Translations under genes and position numbers: made by a program
Shown: positions 1-8,990 of the stretch, piece by piece
How the letters are laid out: every line of letters begins with the position of its first letter
Position numbering within the stretch: the stretch's first letter is position 1
Virus record (IMG/VR): IMGVR_UViG_3300031867_000276
Coordinates: 1 to 35,477 of that record
Direction: 5' to 3' (one strand)
Source: a virus
Length of the DNA stretch: 35,477 bases
Notes under the pieces: model-generated
The model's input: only the letters and a program-made list of their open reading frames with translations
Told to the model about the DNA's origin: nothing
The model's database searches: none

Positions 1-127
1 AATAAAGTATTTATTGGTTACTGCCGACCACAGGGAACTATATTTCGACCATTGGTTGGATATGATTTCGGCAATGGCAACAATGATTGATAAAGGCGAG
101 ACGGTCTGTGTCAAAAAACTGGATGAA
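1..127. repeat. Terminal direct repeat, copy 1 (identical to 35351..35477)
   Basis: Read directly: 127/127 identical to the last 127 bases of the window. Confidence 0.95.
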
Positions 128-137
128 CGGATTACGA

Positions 138-320
138 ATGATGAAAAGTGTTGCTGATGAAATCCGGTTAATCCATAAAGAACTCGGATGGGTAATGAAG
201 CACCTCGCCAACATCTATCAGGCTGTGAAGTCAGACGACGACACAGCCGTTGTTGATGAAACCGACCCACGCCAAATGTCGCTATTCCCCGACAATGGAG
301 AAACTGACGATAATTTATAG
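138..320 (+). CDS. Hypothetical acidic small protein
   Basis: ORF track 87..320 begins at a TTG. In-frame ATGs lie at 123, 138 and 141, and the start choice is uncertain. Co-directional with neighbours. Confidence 0.4.
   Translation: MMKSVADEIRLIHKELGWVMKHLANIYQAVKSDDDTAVVDETDPRQMSLFPDNGETDDNL
308..316 (+). promoter_or_regulatory. CGATAATTT motif copy (candidate late-type promoter element) upstream of the sigma-like gene
   Basis: Exact 9-mer, 12 nt upstream of ATG 328. One of 7 + strand copies. Confidence 0.4.
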
Positions 321-327
321 GTATGAA

Positions 328-675
328 ATGAAGTCGAAACAACAGATTATAATGGAACTGTACGAAACAAACTTTGTTGAGAAGTACGCCCGGAAGATTG
401 CCAACGATGCCGACAGGATGTTTCTCGATGATATTGTTGCGGAGTTGTATTTATACATCTGTGAAATGCCGACAGACCTGATTACAGGCATATACAACCG
501 TTGCGGTATTAATTGTTTCAGACGGTACATTTCGGGTGTTGTGTTCAAACAGATGAGGTCGCAGAATAGTAAGATATTTTGGAAGTACAAACGACACGCA
601 CAGCGGTATATACCTGCATCACAGGTCGAGAACTTTGATAGGTTATGGGAAGAAAGCGGAAACAACTCACTATAG
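328..675 (+). CDS. Sigma-70/ECF-like protein, region-2-like half
   Basis: ORF 250..675 with the likely start MKSKQQ at 328. The DDIVAELYLYI ... FRRYISGVVFKQMRSQNSK pattern resembles sigma region 2. Recognised by eye only. Confidence 0.5.
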   Translation: MKSKQQIIMELYETNFVEKYARKIANDADRMFLDDIVAELYLYICEMPTDLITGIYNRCGINCFRRYISGVVFKQMRSQNSKIFWKYKRHAQRYIPASQVENFDRLWEESGNNSL

Positions 676-941
676 ACACATCGGCAAAGGTATTCCACGA
701 CCTCGATGTCGAGTACACAGCCAACGACTATAACAATGCAATGGTTGATGCGCTCAATAGTCTGCCGCCAGATGAACGCTCGATGATGATTCTGTATATC
801 GCTACAGGATGCAACAAAAGCAAACTGGCAAAGATGCTCGGCTGTAGTCGCACGCACATACACCCTCGTATCGTTGCACTCCAAACAAAACTGAAAGAAA
901 TAATCAAAACAAAAAAAAACGCTGACGATGATTTATATTAA
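645..941 (+). CDS. Sigma-70 region-4-like HTH protein (second half of a split sigma-like pair)
   Basis: LNSLPPDERSMMILYIATGCNKSKLAKMLGCSRTHIHPRIVALQTKLKE matches the region 4.2 HTH pattern. It overlaps the preceding ORF by 31 nt in another frame, and stop codons lie directly upstream of its ATG. Confidence 0.6.
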   Translation: MGRKRKQLTIDTSAKVFHDLDVEYTANDYNNAMVDALNSLPPDERSMMILYIATGCNKSKLAKMLGCSRTHIHPRIVALQTKLKEIIKTKKNADDDLY

Positions 942-1263
942 CATTCTACTGATTGCCGCTATATGGGTGTTCCTGCTCGATTTGAGCGGAGCGTGGCAGT
1001 CAATGACAACCCATATTTCGGAATGGCTCACAAACGGCAAAATCCGAAAACCGATAGAGTTGAAGCCTTTTTCCTGCTCGTTGTGTATGACCTTTTGGAC
1101 AGGCTTGTTGTACATCCTGATTGCAGGACGATTCACAGTGCCGACAGTGGCGTATGTCTGTCTGATTGCATACCTGACACCGAGAATCAAAGACACGCTG
1201 ATTGTTGCTGATGCAATGTTGGCGAGATTGTTCAACCTTTTAATAAGTCGCAAAGATGGATAA
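928..1263 (+). CDS. Small integral membrane protein
   Basis: 111-aa ORF with about 3 hydrophobic segments (ILLIAAIWVFLL, FWTGLLYILIAG, VAYVCLIAYL). Confidence 0.6.
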   Translation: MIYINILLIAAIWVFLLDLSGAWQSMTTHISEWLTNGKIRKPIELKPFSCSLCMTFWTGLLYILIAGRFTVPTVAYVCLIAYLTPRIKDTLIVADAMLARLFNLLISRKDG

Positions 1264-1510
1264 CAAACCAACTATGACGAATGAACAGCGGAAAACCCTG
1301 CAGCGGTATGAAAAGCACCTCCACAGCGCTTTTTATGCCGACTACGTTGTAGGACTACCAGCAAATGACGTTCGTGTCTTATTCGGCGTTTTCAACAAAA
1401 TTTACTCCACCACCGAAACAAACTACAGTTGCAATTTCTGTGTGTTGAGAGTGTTGAAAGGCTTGGCGAGACTGTATTACAAATCTGACAGCAATAAAAA
1501 GACGAAATGA
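1256..1510 (+). CDS. Hypothetical protein
   Basis: 84-aa ORF, overlapping and coupled with both neighbours. Confidence 0.55.
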   Translation: MDNKPTMTNEQRKTLQRYEKHLHSAFYADYVVGLPANDVRVLFGVFNKIYSTTETNYSCNFCVLRVLKGLARLYYKSDSNKKTK

Positions 1511-2304
1511 AAGAAAAGAAATCAATCATACAACAGGCTGTTATATTGCCAATTTCCGCACTGGAAACCAACACCGGACAGATTGAGGGATTGCCAAAGA
1601 ACCCACGACTGATAAAGGGCGAGAAGTTCAAGAAACTCAAAAAGAGTATCGAGGACAATCCCGAAATGCTTGCGTTGCGAGAACTGCTCGTTTATCCTAT
1701 AGGGGGGGGCAAATATATTATTATAGGGGGCAATATGCGATACACGGCAATGTCTGAATTAGGATATAAAGATGCGCCGTGTAAAGTCATTGACGAGAGT
1801 GCCACCGTTGAACAACTACAGGCATACACCATCAAAGACAACAGCGGATTTGGCGAGTGGGATATGGACTTACTCGCCAATGAATGGGATGTCGTTTTGC
1901 TTTCCGAGTGGGGTGTTGATTTGCCAACGGTCAGTGAAACCGAGAAACTATCACTACTCGATTATACAGGTGTGTACTATGAACCGCTGAAAGTACCTGA
2001 CATTAAACTGATGGACTGCGTAAACCTCGACAAATTCAATGCCAAACTACAGGCGTTGAAAGAGTACAATTTGACTGATGAACAACGAGAAACGCTGAAA
2101 TGGTTTGCATACCGATTCATAAAGATAGATTTTGAGAGTGTTGCGAATTACTATGCTTTCAATGCCACTGACGAGGAAAAGAAAGCCATTGAACGGCTGC
2201 GGTTGGTATTGACTGACAATGGCGTAAATGGTTTTATTCAGGACGATTTGTTGAGGGTTGCAGAGCGGGTTATGTTTGACGATGATAAGGAGAGCGAAGA
2301 ATGA
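1507..2304 (+). CDS. ParB-like nuclease domain protein
   Basis: The N-terminal pattern NPRLIKGEKFKKLKKSIEDNPEMLALRELLVYP...IIIGGNMRYTA resembles the ParB/Srx N-terminal domain (GxxR box). Contains a G8 tract at 1702-1709. Confidence 0.6.
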   Translation: MKEKKSIIQQAVILPISALETNTGQIEGLPKNPRLIKGEKFKKLKKSIEDNPEMLALRELLVYPIGGGKYIIIGGNMRYTAMSELGYKDAPCKVIDESATVEQLQAYTIKDNSGFGEWDMDLLANEWDVVLLSEWGVDLPTVSETEKLSLLDYTGVYYEPLKVPDIKLMDCVNLDKFNAKLQALKEYNLTDEQRETLKWFAYRFIKIDFESVANYYAFNATDEEKKAIERLRLVLTDNGVNGFIQDDLLRVAERVMFDDDKESEE

Positions 2305-3236
2305 AAGACGACATACACATACTAATCCCATCGTACCACAGACCGAAAAACAACAAGACGGTCAAATACTTTGTCAAAATGGGATGGCAACCCGACAAAC
2401 TGCACGTATTCATTGACAGCGAAGCAGACGACAAAGCGGACTATGACTTTGAATGTGCGAAGCAGGGTGTACAACTCCACGTCTTTGATATGAATGAAGC
2501 ACGCAAGCGGTATGACTATATCCACCGACCTACACCTGCAAGACGTGCCGCAGGTCAAGCACGCAATATGTTTCAGGACTGGGCAAAAGAGAACGGCATT
2601 GATTTTTACTGTGTCATTGACGATGATACGCAAGGCTATGGAATCAAGTTCCCAAAGCACAGTGAAACGAGAGCGACCATTGACGACATCCGGGATGTGT
2701 TCTTTTACATCGAGGAATTTATGAGACGACAACACATTGGTTTGTTCGGACTGATGCAAAGTGGAGATGCGATTGGTGGAGCGAAACCACGATTGTACAT
2801 TCCCAAAGTAATGAATACAACATTTTACCTGCTACCGTATGTGTACAGGGGCGAAAGAGGTGTGCAGGATGATGATACGAGTATGTTCGTGGGCGTGATG
2901 AACGAGGGGTATTTTACAGGCAGTACAGGTTGCGGTCTTATGCTGCATCAAACACCGAGTGCAAAGGCAACAGGCGGACTTACTGACTTATACAACGAAT
3001 GCAAGTTGCTGAATAAATCACTCGTGACACCAATACAGTTTCCATCCGCTATCTTTGCCGAAAAGCAGGTCAAGAATGGCGGACGGTTACACCATCACAT
3101 TTGCAACAAATACTTATTCCCACGAGTGTTGAAAGTCAAAGCAACAGACCGCAGCAATATGGCGTGGGATTCATTCCCTGAAGATATACCATTCACAAAC
3201 GAACCGAATAGATTATGGCAACGAGAAAATCAATAA
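2301..3236 (+). CDS. Putative GT-A-type glycosyltransferase-like protein
   Basis: HILIPSYHRP at the N-terminus and the DxD-like CVIDDDT. The call is by motif only. Confidence 0.4.
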   Translation: MKDDIHILIPSYHRPKNNKTVKYFVKMGWQPDKLHVFIDSEADDKADYDFECAKQGVQLHVFDMNEARKRYDYIHRPTPARRAAGQARNMFQDWAKENGIDFYCVIDDDTQGYGIKFPKHSETRATIDDIRDVFFYIEEFMRRQHIGLFGLMQSGDAIGGAKPRLYIPKVMNTTFYLLPYVYRGERGVQDDDTSMFVGVMNEGYFTGSTGCGLMLHQTPSAKATGGLTDLYNECKLLNKSLVTPIQFPSAIFAEKQVKNGGRLHHHICNKYLFPRVLKVKATDRSNMAWDSFPEDIPFTNEPNRLWQRENQ

Positions 3237-3559
3237 CAAAGCAGAAAAAGGAAGCGATGATTGATGCACTGCGCCGTAGTGCAGGAAACATCACTGTCGC
3301 CTGTAAGAATGTAGGTGTGTCACGTGATACACATTACAGATGGTTGCACGATGACGACTGGTACAATGACGAGTGTTCAAAGGTTGATGAGGAAACAGGC
3401 GATATGGTTGAGGGCGAATTGATGAAACACATTCGCAATGGCAACCTTACGGCAATCATATTCTACTGCAAAACCAAACTGAAAGACAGGGGATATGTTG
3501 AAAAGAACGAAATGGATTTGGGCGGAGATATGACAATTAATGTGACCGACTTTGAATGA
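3215..3559 (+). CDS. terS: Terminase small subunit (HTH type)
   Basis: ITVACKNVGVSRDTHYRWL HTH and a C-terminal AIIFYCKTKLKDRGY pattern. Lies directly upstream of TerL. Confidence 0.7.
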   Translation: MATRKSITKQKKEAMIDALRRSAGNITVACKNVGVSRDTHYRWLHDDDWYNDECSKVDEETGDMVEGELMKHIRNGNLTAIIFYCKTKLKDRGYVEKNEMDLGGDMTINVTDFE

Positions 3560-4815
3560 GACGACAGCGGACTATAACTGTAAACCTGTATAAACCCAAA
3601 GACTATCAGTTGGCGGTGCATCGTGGACTGTCCGAACACTGGGCGGATTCATTCCACTTTGTAAAGGCTGTGCGCCAGTGCGGAAAGTCGATGATGGCTG
3701 AAAACATCCTGATTAAAGCGTCACTGACACACCCGAACCAAACATCCGTACTGATTGCACCGACATTCAAACAGGCACGCAAGATTCTCAAATCTATTGT
3801 CCGCAAGTTCAGACGTACACCCCTGTATGCGGGAAGTAACAGCAGCGACCTCGAATTTACATTCTCCAATGGCAGTATCATTGTGTTTCTGTCTGCCGAA
3901 CAGGGCGACAATATACGTGGTCAGACGGTGTCGCAATATGGTGTGTTGGTAATTGATGAAGCAGCGTATATCAGCGATGAAGTCTTTTACACCGCAACAC
4001 CTTTCGTCAATGCAAACCACGCACCCATTGTCGCAGTCAGTACACCGAGATTCAAACAGGGTTTCTTCTATGATTTCTACGCTGATGGGTTGCAGGGCAA
4101 AGCAAACATCTACGCATACGATTTCACGGACTACGACAATCCATTTCTGACACCTGAAAAGTTGGAAATGTACCGCAACAAAATGCCGTTGAATCTATTC
4201 CGAGCAGACTACCTCGGACAATGGATGGAAACAACGTCTGATGTGTTCGGAGATTTCAAAAAGGTACTGTCAAACACTGTGTCAATGACCGGGCAATATA
4301 CAGCCGGTATCGACTGGGGTGTTGGTAAGAACGCAAAGAGTAACGACAGCGACAGCACCTCTTTGTCGATATTCAACAATCTACATCAACAGGTCGGTAT
4401 ATTCCATTGGAACGATCTCGATGAAACAACGACCATTGCACGAATAGTTGAGACGCTGAAACAGTTTAATGTCCGCAAGGTTGTAGTGGAAACAAACAGC
4501 ATCGGCAGTGTGTATCTGGGATTGTTGCGAAGGGCAATCCAACAGGCAGGGTTGCTTTGTCAGGTTGTTGAATTTGCGACCACCAACGACAGCAAACGTG
4601 AAGCAATAGAATACTTTATCGTACAGGTGCAAAACCGCACAATTCAACTGCTTGACGACAACGAGCAGTCAATACAGATGTCCGCTTTCAGGATGGAGAA
4701 AACACCTACAGGCAAAGTAACCTACAACGGCACACCCGGCTATCACGACGACTGTATAATGGCAACCGCTATGGCACTACACGGATTGAAAATTGGAACG
4801 TATAACATACTTTAA
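3556..4815 (+). CDS. terL: Terminase large subunit
   Basis: Walker A-like VRQCGKS, Walker B VLVIDEAAY, and a C-terminal nuclease-type HDDCIMA. Confidence 0.9.
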   Translation: MRRQRTITVNLYKPKDYQLAVHRGLSEHWADSFHFVKAVRQCGKSMMAENILIKASLTHPNQTSVLIAPTFKQARKILKSIVRKFRRTPLYAGSNSSDLEFTFSNGSIIVFLSAEQGDNIRGQTVSQYGVLVIDEAAYISDEVFYTATPFVNANHAPIVAVSTPRFKQGFFYDFYADGLQGKANIYAYDFTDYDNPFLTPEKLEMYRNKMPLNLFRADYLGQWMETTSDVFGDFKKVLSNTVSMTGQYTAGIDWGVGKNAKSNDSDSTSLSIFNNLHQQVGIFHWNDLDETTTIARIVETLKQFNVRKVVVETNSIGSVYLGLLRRAIQQAGLLCQVVEFATTNDSKREAIEYFIVQVQNRTIQLLDDNEQSIQMSAFRMEKTPTGKVTYNGTPGYHDDCIMATAMALHGLKIGTYNIL

Positions 4816-4819
4816 AACA

Positions 4820-5434
4820 ATGAAGATAATAAACAGTTGGCGACAGGTTACATTGTCGCAATTCACGGAAATTCTGAAACTGCAATCCGAGAATCAGGAT
4901 GCAGCGAAATTCACTCAAAAGGTAATTGAACACCTGTACGGCATCGACCCTCTGACGATACCTTATACCGAGTATCTGTCAATGATAAGAGGTTTGAACG
5001 AATTCTTTGACAAACCCATTGCCGAACAAAAGATTACGTCAAATGGTTGCTACACCATCAATGGCACAACGTACAGGTTGGATATTAATCCGCAGTCATT
5101 CACTACGGCACAGTATATCGACTTTACAAACTTTGCAAAAGAGCCGAGCAGATATGCTGATATGCTTTCCGTTGTGTTGATTCCTGACGGTCATTTGTAC
5201 AACGATGGGTACGATATGGAAAAGACCAAAGCGGACATTGGGGCAATGCCTGTTGATAATGTCCTCGGCATTGTCAGTTTTTTTCAGGAATGGTCAAAAG
5301 CATCCATCAAAACCATCCTGCGCTTTTTGACCAAGCAGATGAAGTCGAAGAAAACGAGCAGGAAAACAATGCGGAAGTTGAAACAGGAAATCAATCGCCT
5401 CTCGCAATGTATGGAATTATCCCATTCGTGCTGA
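4820..5434 (+). CDS. Tail assembly chaperone-like protein (0-frame product, gpG-like)
   Basis: ORF 4793..5434 with the likely ATG at 4820, just after the TerL stop. Lies immediately upstream of the tape-measure-like gene. Contains a T7 slippery run at 5278-5284. Confidence 0.5.
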   Translation: MKIINSWRQVTLSQFTEILKLQSENQDAAKFTQKVIEHLYGIDPLTIPYTEYLSMIRGLNEFFDKPIAEQKITSNGCYTINGTTYRLDINPQSFTTAQYIDFTNFAKEPSRYADMLSVVLIPDGHLYNDGYDMEKTKADIGAMPVDNVLGIVSFFQEWSKASIKTILRFLTKQMKSKKTSRKTMRKLKQEINRLSQCMELSHSC

Positions 5435-5589
5435 CGTACTGCCAATTGACAAACGAAACACTAACTACAGCAATGCGTGAAAGCGTGTTGCAGGTGCTAT
5501 TCATATACAACTACGAACACACACGAAGACTGCTTGACGAAGAGAACCGCCGCAGGTATGCTGTTGGCGGTTTCAATGGCATACGATAA
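5278..5589 (+). CDS. -1 frame extension ORF (gpT-like part of a G/GT frameshift pair, or a homopolymer-length artefact)
   Basis: The -1 frame is open from T TTT TTT (5278-5284) to the TAA at 5587-5589, 23 nt before the next gene. Confidence 0.45.
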   Translation, partial: FFSGMVKSIHQNHPALFDQADEVEENEQENNAEVETGNQSPLAMYGIIPFVLTYCQLTNETLTTAMRESVLQVLFIYNYEHTRRLLDEENRRRYAVGGFNGIR

Positions 5590-5592
5590 TTT
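5584..5592 (+). promoter_or_regulatory. CGATAATTT motif copy
   Basis: Exact 9-mer, 21 nt upstream of ATG 5613. Confidence 0.45.
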
Positions 5593-5612
5593 ATTGTCAA
5601 AATATCTTTACA

Positions 5613-7685
5613 ATGGCACAAACCGAAGTCGAAATACTTAATATAGACACCTCGCAAAGCGTTCGCTCAATTGCAGACCTGAAAGCAGAGATCAAAGCAC
5701 TGAAAGACCAACTCGTTACACTGGAAGCAGGAACGGAAGAGTACAACGAAGTACTGGTTAAGGTTGCAAACAAGCAGCACGAATTGGTTGAAATTACCGA
5801 ACAGGTCAAACAATCCAGTCAGGATTTTGGCGACCGTATGGCAAATGTTGCAGGTGCGATTGGCGGTGTGAGTGGTGCAGTGCAGACAGTGACAGGTGCA
5901 TTGTCTTTGATGGGCGTGGAAATTGGCGATGATGCCAAACTGATGAAAACGCTTGTATCTGCAATGTCAATCACATCGGGCATTACTGCCATTGATAAAG
6001 GTATGAAAGCGGTTAAGGCTCTGACTGTATCGTTAAAAGCATCTACCGCAGCGGCAGGCGGACTCGGAAAGGCTCTGAAAGCACTTGCAATGTCAAATCC
6101 ATTTACAGCGATACTGGCAGGTGTTGTCGCTGTTACCGCTGCGGTTGTCGCTTTAACCAAAGCCATAGGAAACGCACGTGAAGCACAAGCGAGGTTGCAA
6201 CAGGCTTCCGACAACAAACAGATGTTGGATGCGTACAACGAGTTGGAAACAAAACTCAATACGCAGGTCGAAATGATGAAGATTGACGGGCAAACCGATT
6301 ATCAAGTGTTTCTACAAAAGAAAGCCAATGCAAAAGCACTGCGTGACCAAGCGGAACAGAACCTCAATCATTATCTTAAAATTATTCAAACAGGCTCACG
6401 TGCAGAGAGAAAAGCAGCCGAAGAATTTTATCAGATATGGAGTGAAGCATACGACAAAAGGGCAGCGGACTATCAGGCATTGATAGACCAAACAGCCATC
6501 GAAGAACACCGAGAAGAAAAGCGCAGGGAAGCAGAACAGGAAGCAGCAAGACGAGCCCGACAGCAAAGGGCGCAAGCAGCGGCATCGGCAGCAGCGGCAC
6601 AAAAGAAAGCGGAACTCGCACAGATAGCAAAGATTGAGCGTGATGCGCAAATTGCTTTGATGGATGCAGAGGACGCAGAACTGGCGAAACTCAAAGACAC
6701 CTACGATGAGCAGGTCAGATTGTACCAAAAGCGAGGACAGGATATTTCCACACTTACAGCAAAGTATGAAAAGGAACGTCAGGCGATAATCGACAAGTAT
6801 ATTGCTGAACGTGTGCAGAAAGACATTGAAGCAGCCGAGAAAGAAGAAGAAAGAGCAGCGAATAAGTCTGCGGCATTGGTCAGACTATTGGAAAAACAGA
6901 TGGCAGACGAACAAGCCATTTATGACCGGATGCAGATTGAAACCGACAACCTACTGGCAAAGGATTACACCGAAGAAAAGGTCGAGGAAGCGGAAGCAAT
7001 GATGGAATCCGCTTATATGGCATTGCTACAACATAGAATTGAACTCGAACAGCAACTGTTACAGAGTGAAGCACTGACAGACGAGGACAGAGAAGAGTTG
7101 CAGGATTCCTTACTACAGCATCAAAAGGAACGTGCCGAATTGAGTGTGCAGATTGAACAGAAAGCATTGGAAAAACGCAAAGCACTGTATCAGAATTACG
7201 CAAAGGCAGTCAATTCGATTACGTCTTCTATAACATCAATCCTCGGCACTATTGGCGGCACACTCGAAGAGGGTAGCAAACAATGGAAAGCGGTAAAGAT
7301 TGCGGAAGCAACCATTTCAACCATTCAGGGCGGTGTCGCTGCATATATGGGTATGGTTGAAAGCATACCGGGTCCGGCAGGTTTGATTGCAGGTGCGGTT
7401 GCAGCAGCGGCAACGGTGGCGGCAGGTATGGCGGAAGTGGCAAAGATACGCAACACTGAAATATCTACTGGCGGTAGCAGTGGAACAGCATCCACTACAA
7501 CGGCACTCGGAAGCGTCAAACCTACAGCGGTACGGGTTGCAGCAACACAGGTCACAAACACCCGACAAACATCTACAACATCCGACATCGAGGAATTGCC
7601 CGATACAAAGGTGTACGTGTTGGAATCCGATATTACCAACGCACAAAGGAATGTAAAAACAACTGTCGAACAGGCAACATTTTAA
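5613..7685 (+). CDS. Tape-measure-like protein (long coiled coil with Gly/Ala-rich hydrophobic segments)
   Basis: 690 aa with extended heptad-like E/K/A/Q-rich regions and GAIGGVSGAVQTVTGAL / IAGAVAAAATVAAGMAEV segments. Preceded by the chaperone-like pair. An internal ejection protein is an alternative. Confidence 0.55.
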   Translation: MAQTEVEILNIDTSQSVRSIADLKAEIKALKDQLVTLEAGTEEYNEVLVKVANKQHELVEITEQVKQSSQDFGDRMANVAGAIGGVSGAVQTVTGALSLMGVEIGDDAKLMKTLVSAMSITSGITAIDKGMKAVKALTVSLKASTAAAGGLGKALKALAMSNPFTAILAGVVAVTAAVVALTKAIGNAREAQARLQQASDNKQMLDAYNELETKLNTQVEMMKIDGQTDYQVFLQKKANAKALRDQAEQNLNHYLKIIQTGSRAERKAAEEFYQIWSEAYDKRAADYQALIDQTAIEEHREEKRREAEQEAARRARQQRAQAAASAAAAQKKAELAQIAKIERDAQIALMDAEDAELAKLKDTYDEQVRLYQKRGQDISTLTAKYEKERQAIIDKYIAERVQKDIEAAEKEEERAANKSAALVRLLEKQMADEQAIYDRMQIETDNLLAKDYTEEKVEEAEAMMESAYMALLQHRIELEQQLLQSEALTDEDREELQDSLLQHQKERAELSVQIEQKALEKRKALYQNYAKAVNSITSSITSILGTIGGTLEEGSKQWKAVKIAEATISTIQGGVAAYMGMVESIPGPAGLIAGAVAAAATVAAGMAEVAKIRNTEISTGGSSGTASTTTALGSVKPTAVRVAATQVTNTRQTSTTSDIEELPDTKVYVLESDITNAQRNVKTTVEQATF

Positions 7686-7688
7686 ACT

Positions 7689-8990
7689 ATGAATATTTAC
7701 AAGATTACCATTGATGATTTGACCGACCCCGAACTGGGGTTGATGGCAATATCCCTCGTGGATTTTCCTGCGGTCGAAAAGAACTTTATCCGCTTTAAGG
7801 ATGAGAAGCAGCCACAGCGAATAATGCTGAAAACAGACAACGACCAACGTGTTATAACTGGCGTTGCACTACTGGCAGACACACCCATATATCGTTACGA
7901 CCCTGCTATGGGTGGGGATTATTACATTGTATTTGAGCGTGAAACAATCAAAACACTCGTTGAGAAATATAGCCGTGACGGTCTGTTGAATGTCATTAAC
8001 CTGCAACACAACGCCAATACATACAGCATCAACGCCTGTACGATGATTGAAAGTTACTTTGTCAATGCCGAGCGTGGAATATGCCCGATTGAGTTTAGCG
8101 GCATTCCTGATGGCTCGTGGATTGTGTCTTTCAAAGTGACCGATGAAAACCTGTGGCAAGCGATAAAGGCGAGCAACGGCGAAGAGGGTGGTTTAAATGG
8201 ATTCAGCGTTGAAATCACAACTGGCATTGCACCGATGAAACGCCAAAAACCTGTCGAGGAACTTTCGATTGACGAGTTTGTTGATATGCTGACCGAGAAA
8301 CAACCGTCAGAGTTGGACGAATTCTTTTCAGTCACAAAGGGCGATATTCGCAGTGCCATTGATAAACAGAAGCAGTTGGAAATAACCATCGAGAAAGGCG
8401 GCAAGGAATCAACCATCATTGCACAAATAAAGGAACTTGGAAAACTGGACGGAAAGGTTGTAGTAAATGCGTATCTGCCCGAAAGGGGTTTGTGGCAAAC
8501 TATCAACATTGAAAACATCAAAGCAATCGAGGTTACGGAAGTTGGATTGGCTCCGTGGAACTACGACCTGCCGAGTTACAAAGATACTGTCGAAAATGAC
8601 GATATTGTTGTAACAGATAGCATCATTGCAGACCGCAGCACGATAGAAGCGTGTATGGACGGACAATTCTTTGCAATGATTACTTACGATGATGAGAGCA
8701 AAGAACATACGCCTGCGACTGGTATGCGTCAGGTGCAGGTGTGCGCCTACGGTACAACCCTGCGTGGCAATGAGTGTTTCAGGGCGTATGAATACTTTGG
8801 CGACACATCGGGAAGTTTGCCCGGTGGGGTTGGTAACTGGCGACTATTCCTGACAAAGCGTTGCAAGTCATTTCATATTATGTCAGAAGCGCAACGCTGG
8901 TCGTCACTGCCGCCTGGGTATCACTTGAACGATGTTGATATGACGACCATATACAAACAAATCAACCCATCGGCAATTAAAAGGATATGA
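7689..8990 (+). CDS. Virion-associated protein of unknown function
   Basis: 433-aa ORF. The N-terminal ISLVDFPAVEKNF is faintly reminiscent of XkdF/prohead-protease-like families. This is weak. Confidence 0.5.
   Translation: MNIYKITIDDLTDPELGLMAISLVDFPAVEKNFIRFKDEKQPQRIMLKTDNDQRVITGVALLADTPIYRYDPAMGGDYYIVFERETIKTLVEKYSRDGLLNVINLQHNANTYSINACTMIESYFVNAERGICPIEFSGIPDGSWIVSFKVTDENLWQAIKASNGEEGGLNGFSVEITTGIAPMKRQKPVEELSIDEFVDMLTEKQPSELDEFFSVTKGDIRSAIDKQKQLEITIEKGGKESTIIAQIKELGKLDGKVVVNAYLPERGLWQTINIENIKAIEVTEVGLAPWNYDLPSYKDTVENDDIVVTDSIIADRSTIEACMDGQFFAMITYDDESKEHTPATGMRQVQVCAYGTTLRGNECFRAYEYFGDTSGSLPGGVGNWRLFLTKRCKSFHIMSEAQRWSSLPPGYHLNDVDMTTIYKQINPSAIKRI

Noticed and set aside
87-320. ORF-track start at 87 for the first ORF.
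   Set aside because: Position 87 is a TTG inside the junction-spanning ORF (frame of 35343..157). In-frame ATGs at 123, 138 and 141 give less overlap, so the start was moved and marked uncertain.
6470-6700. Ala/Gln/Arg/Glu-rich repetitive coding stretch, considered as a DNA repeat element.
   Set aside because: This is low-complexity coiled-coil coding sequence of the tape-measure-like protein. There is no exact nucleotide repeat unit.
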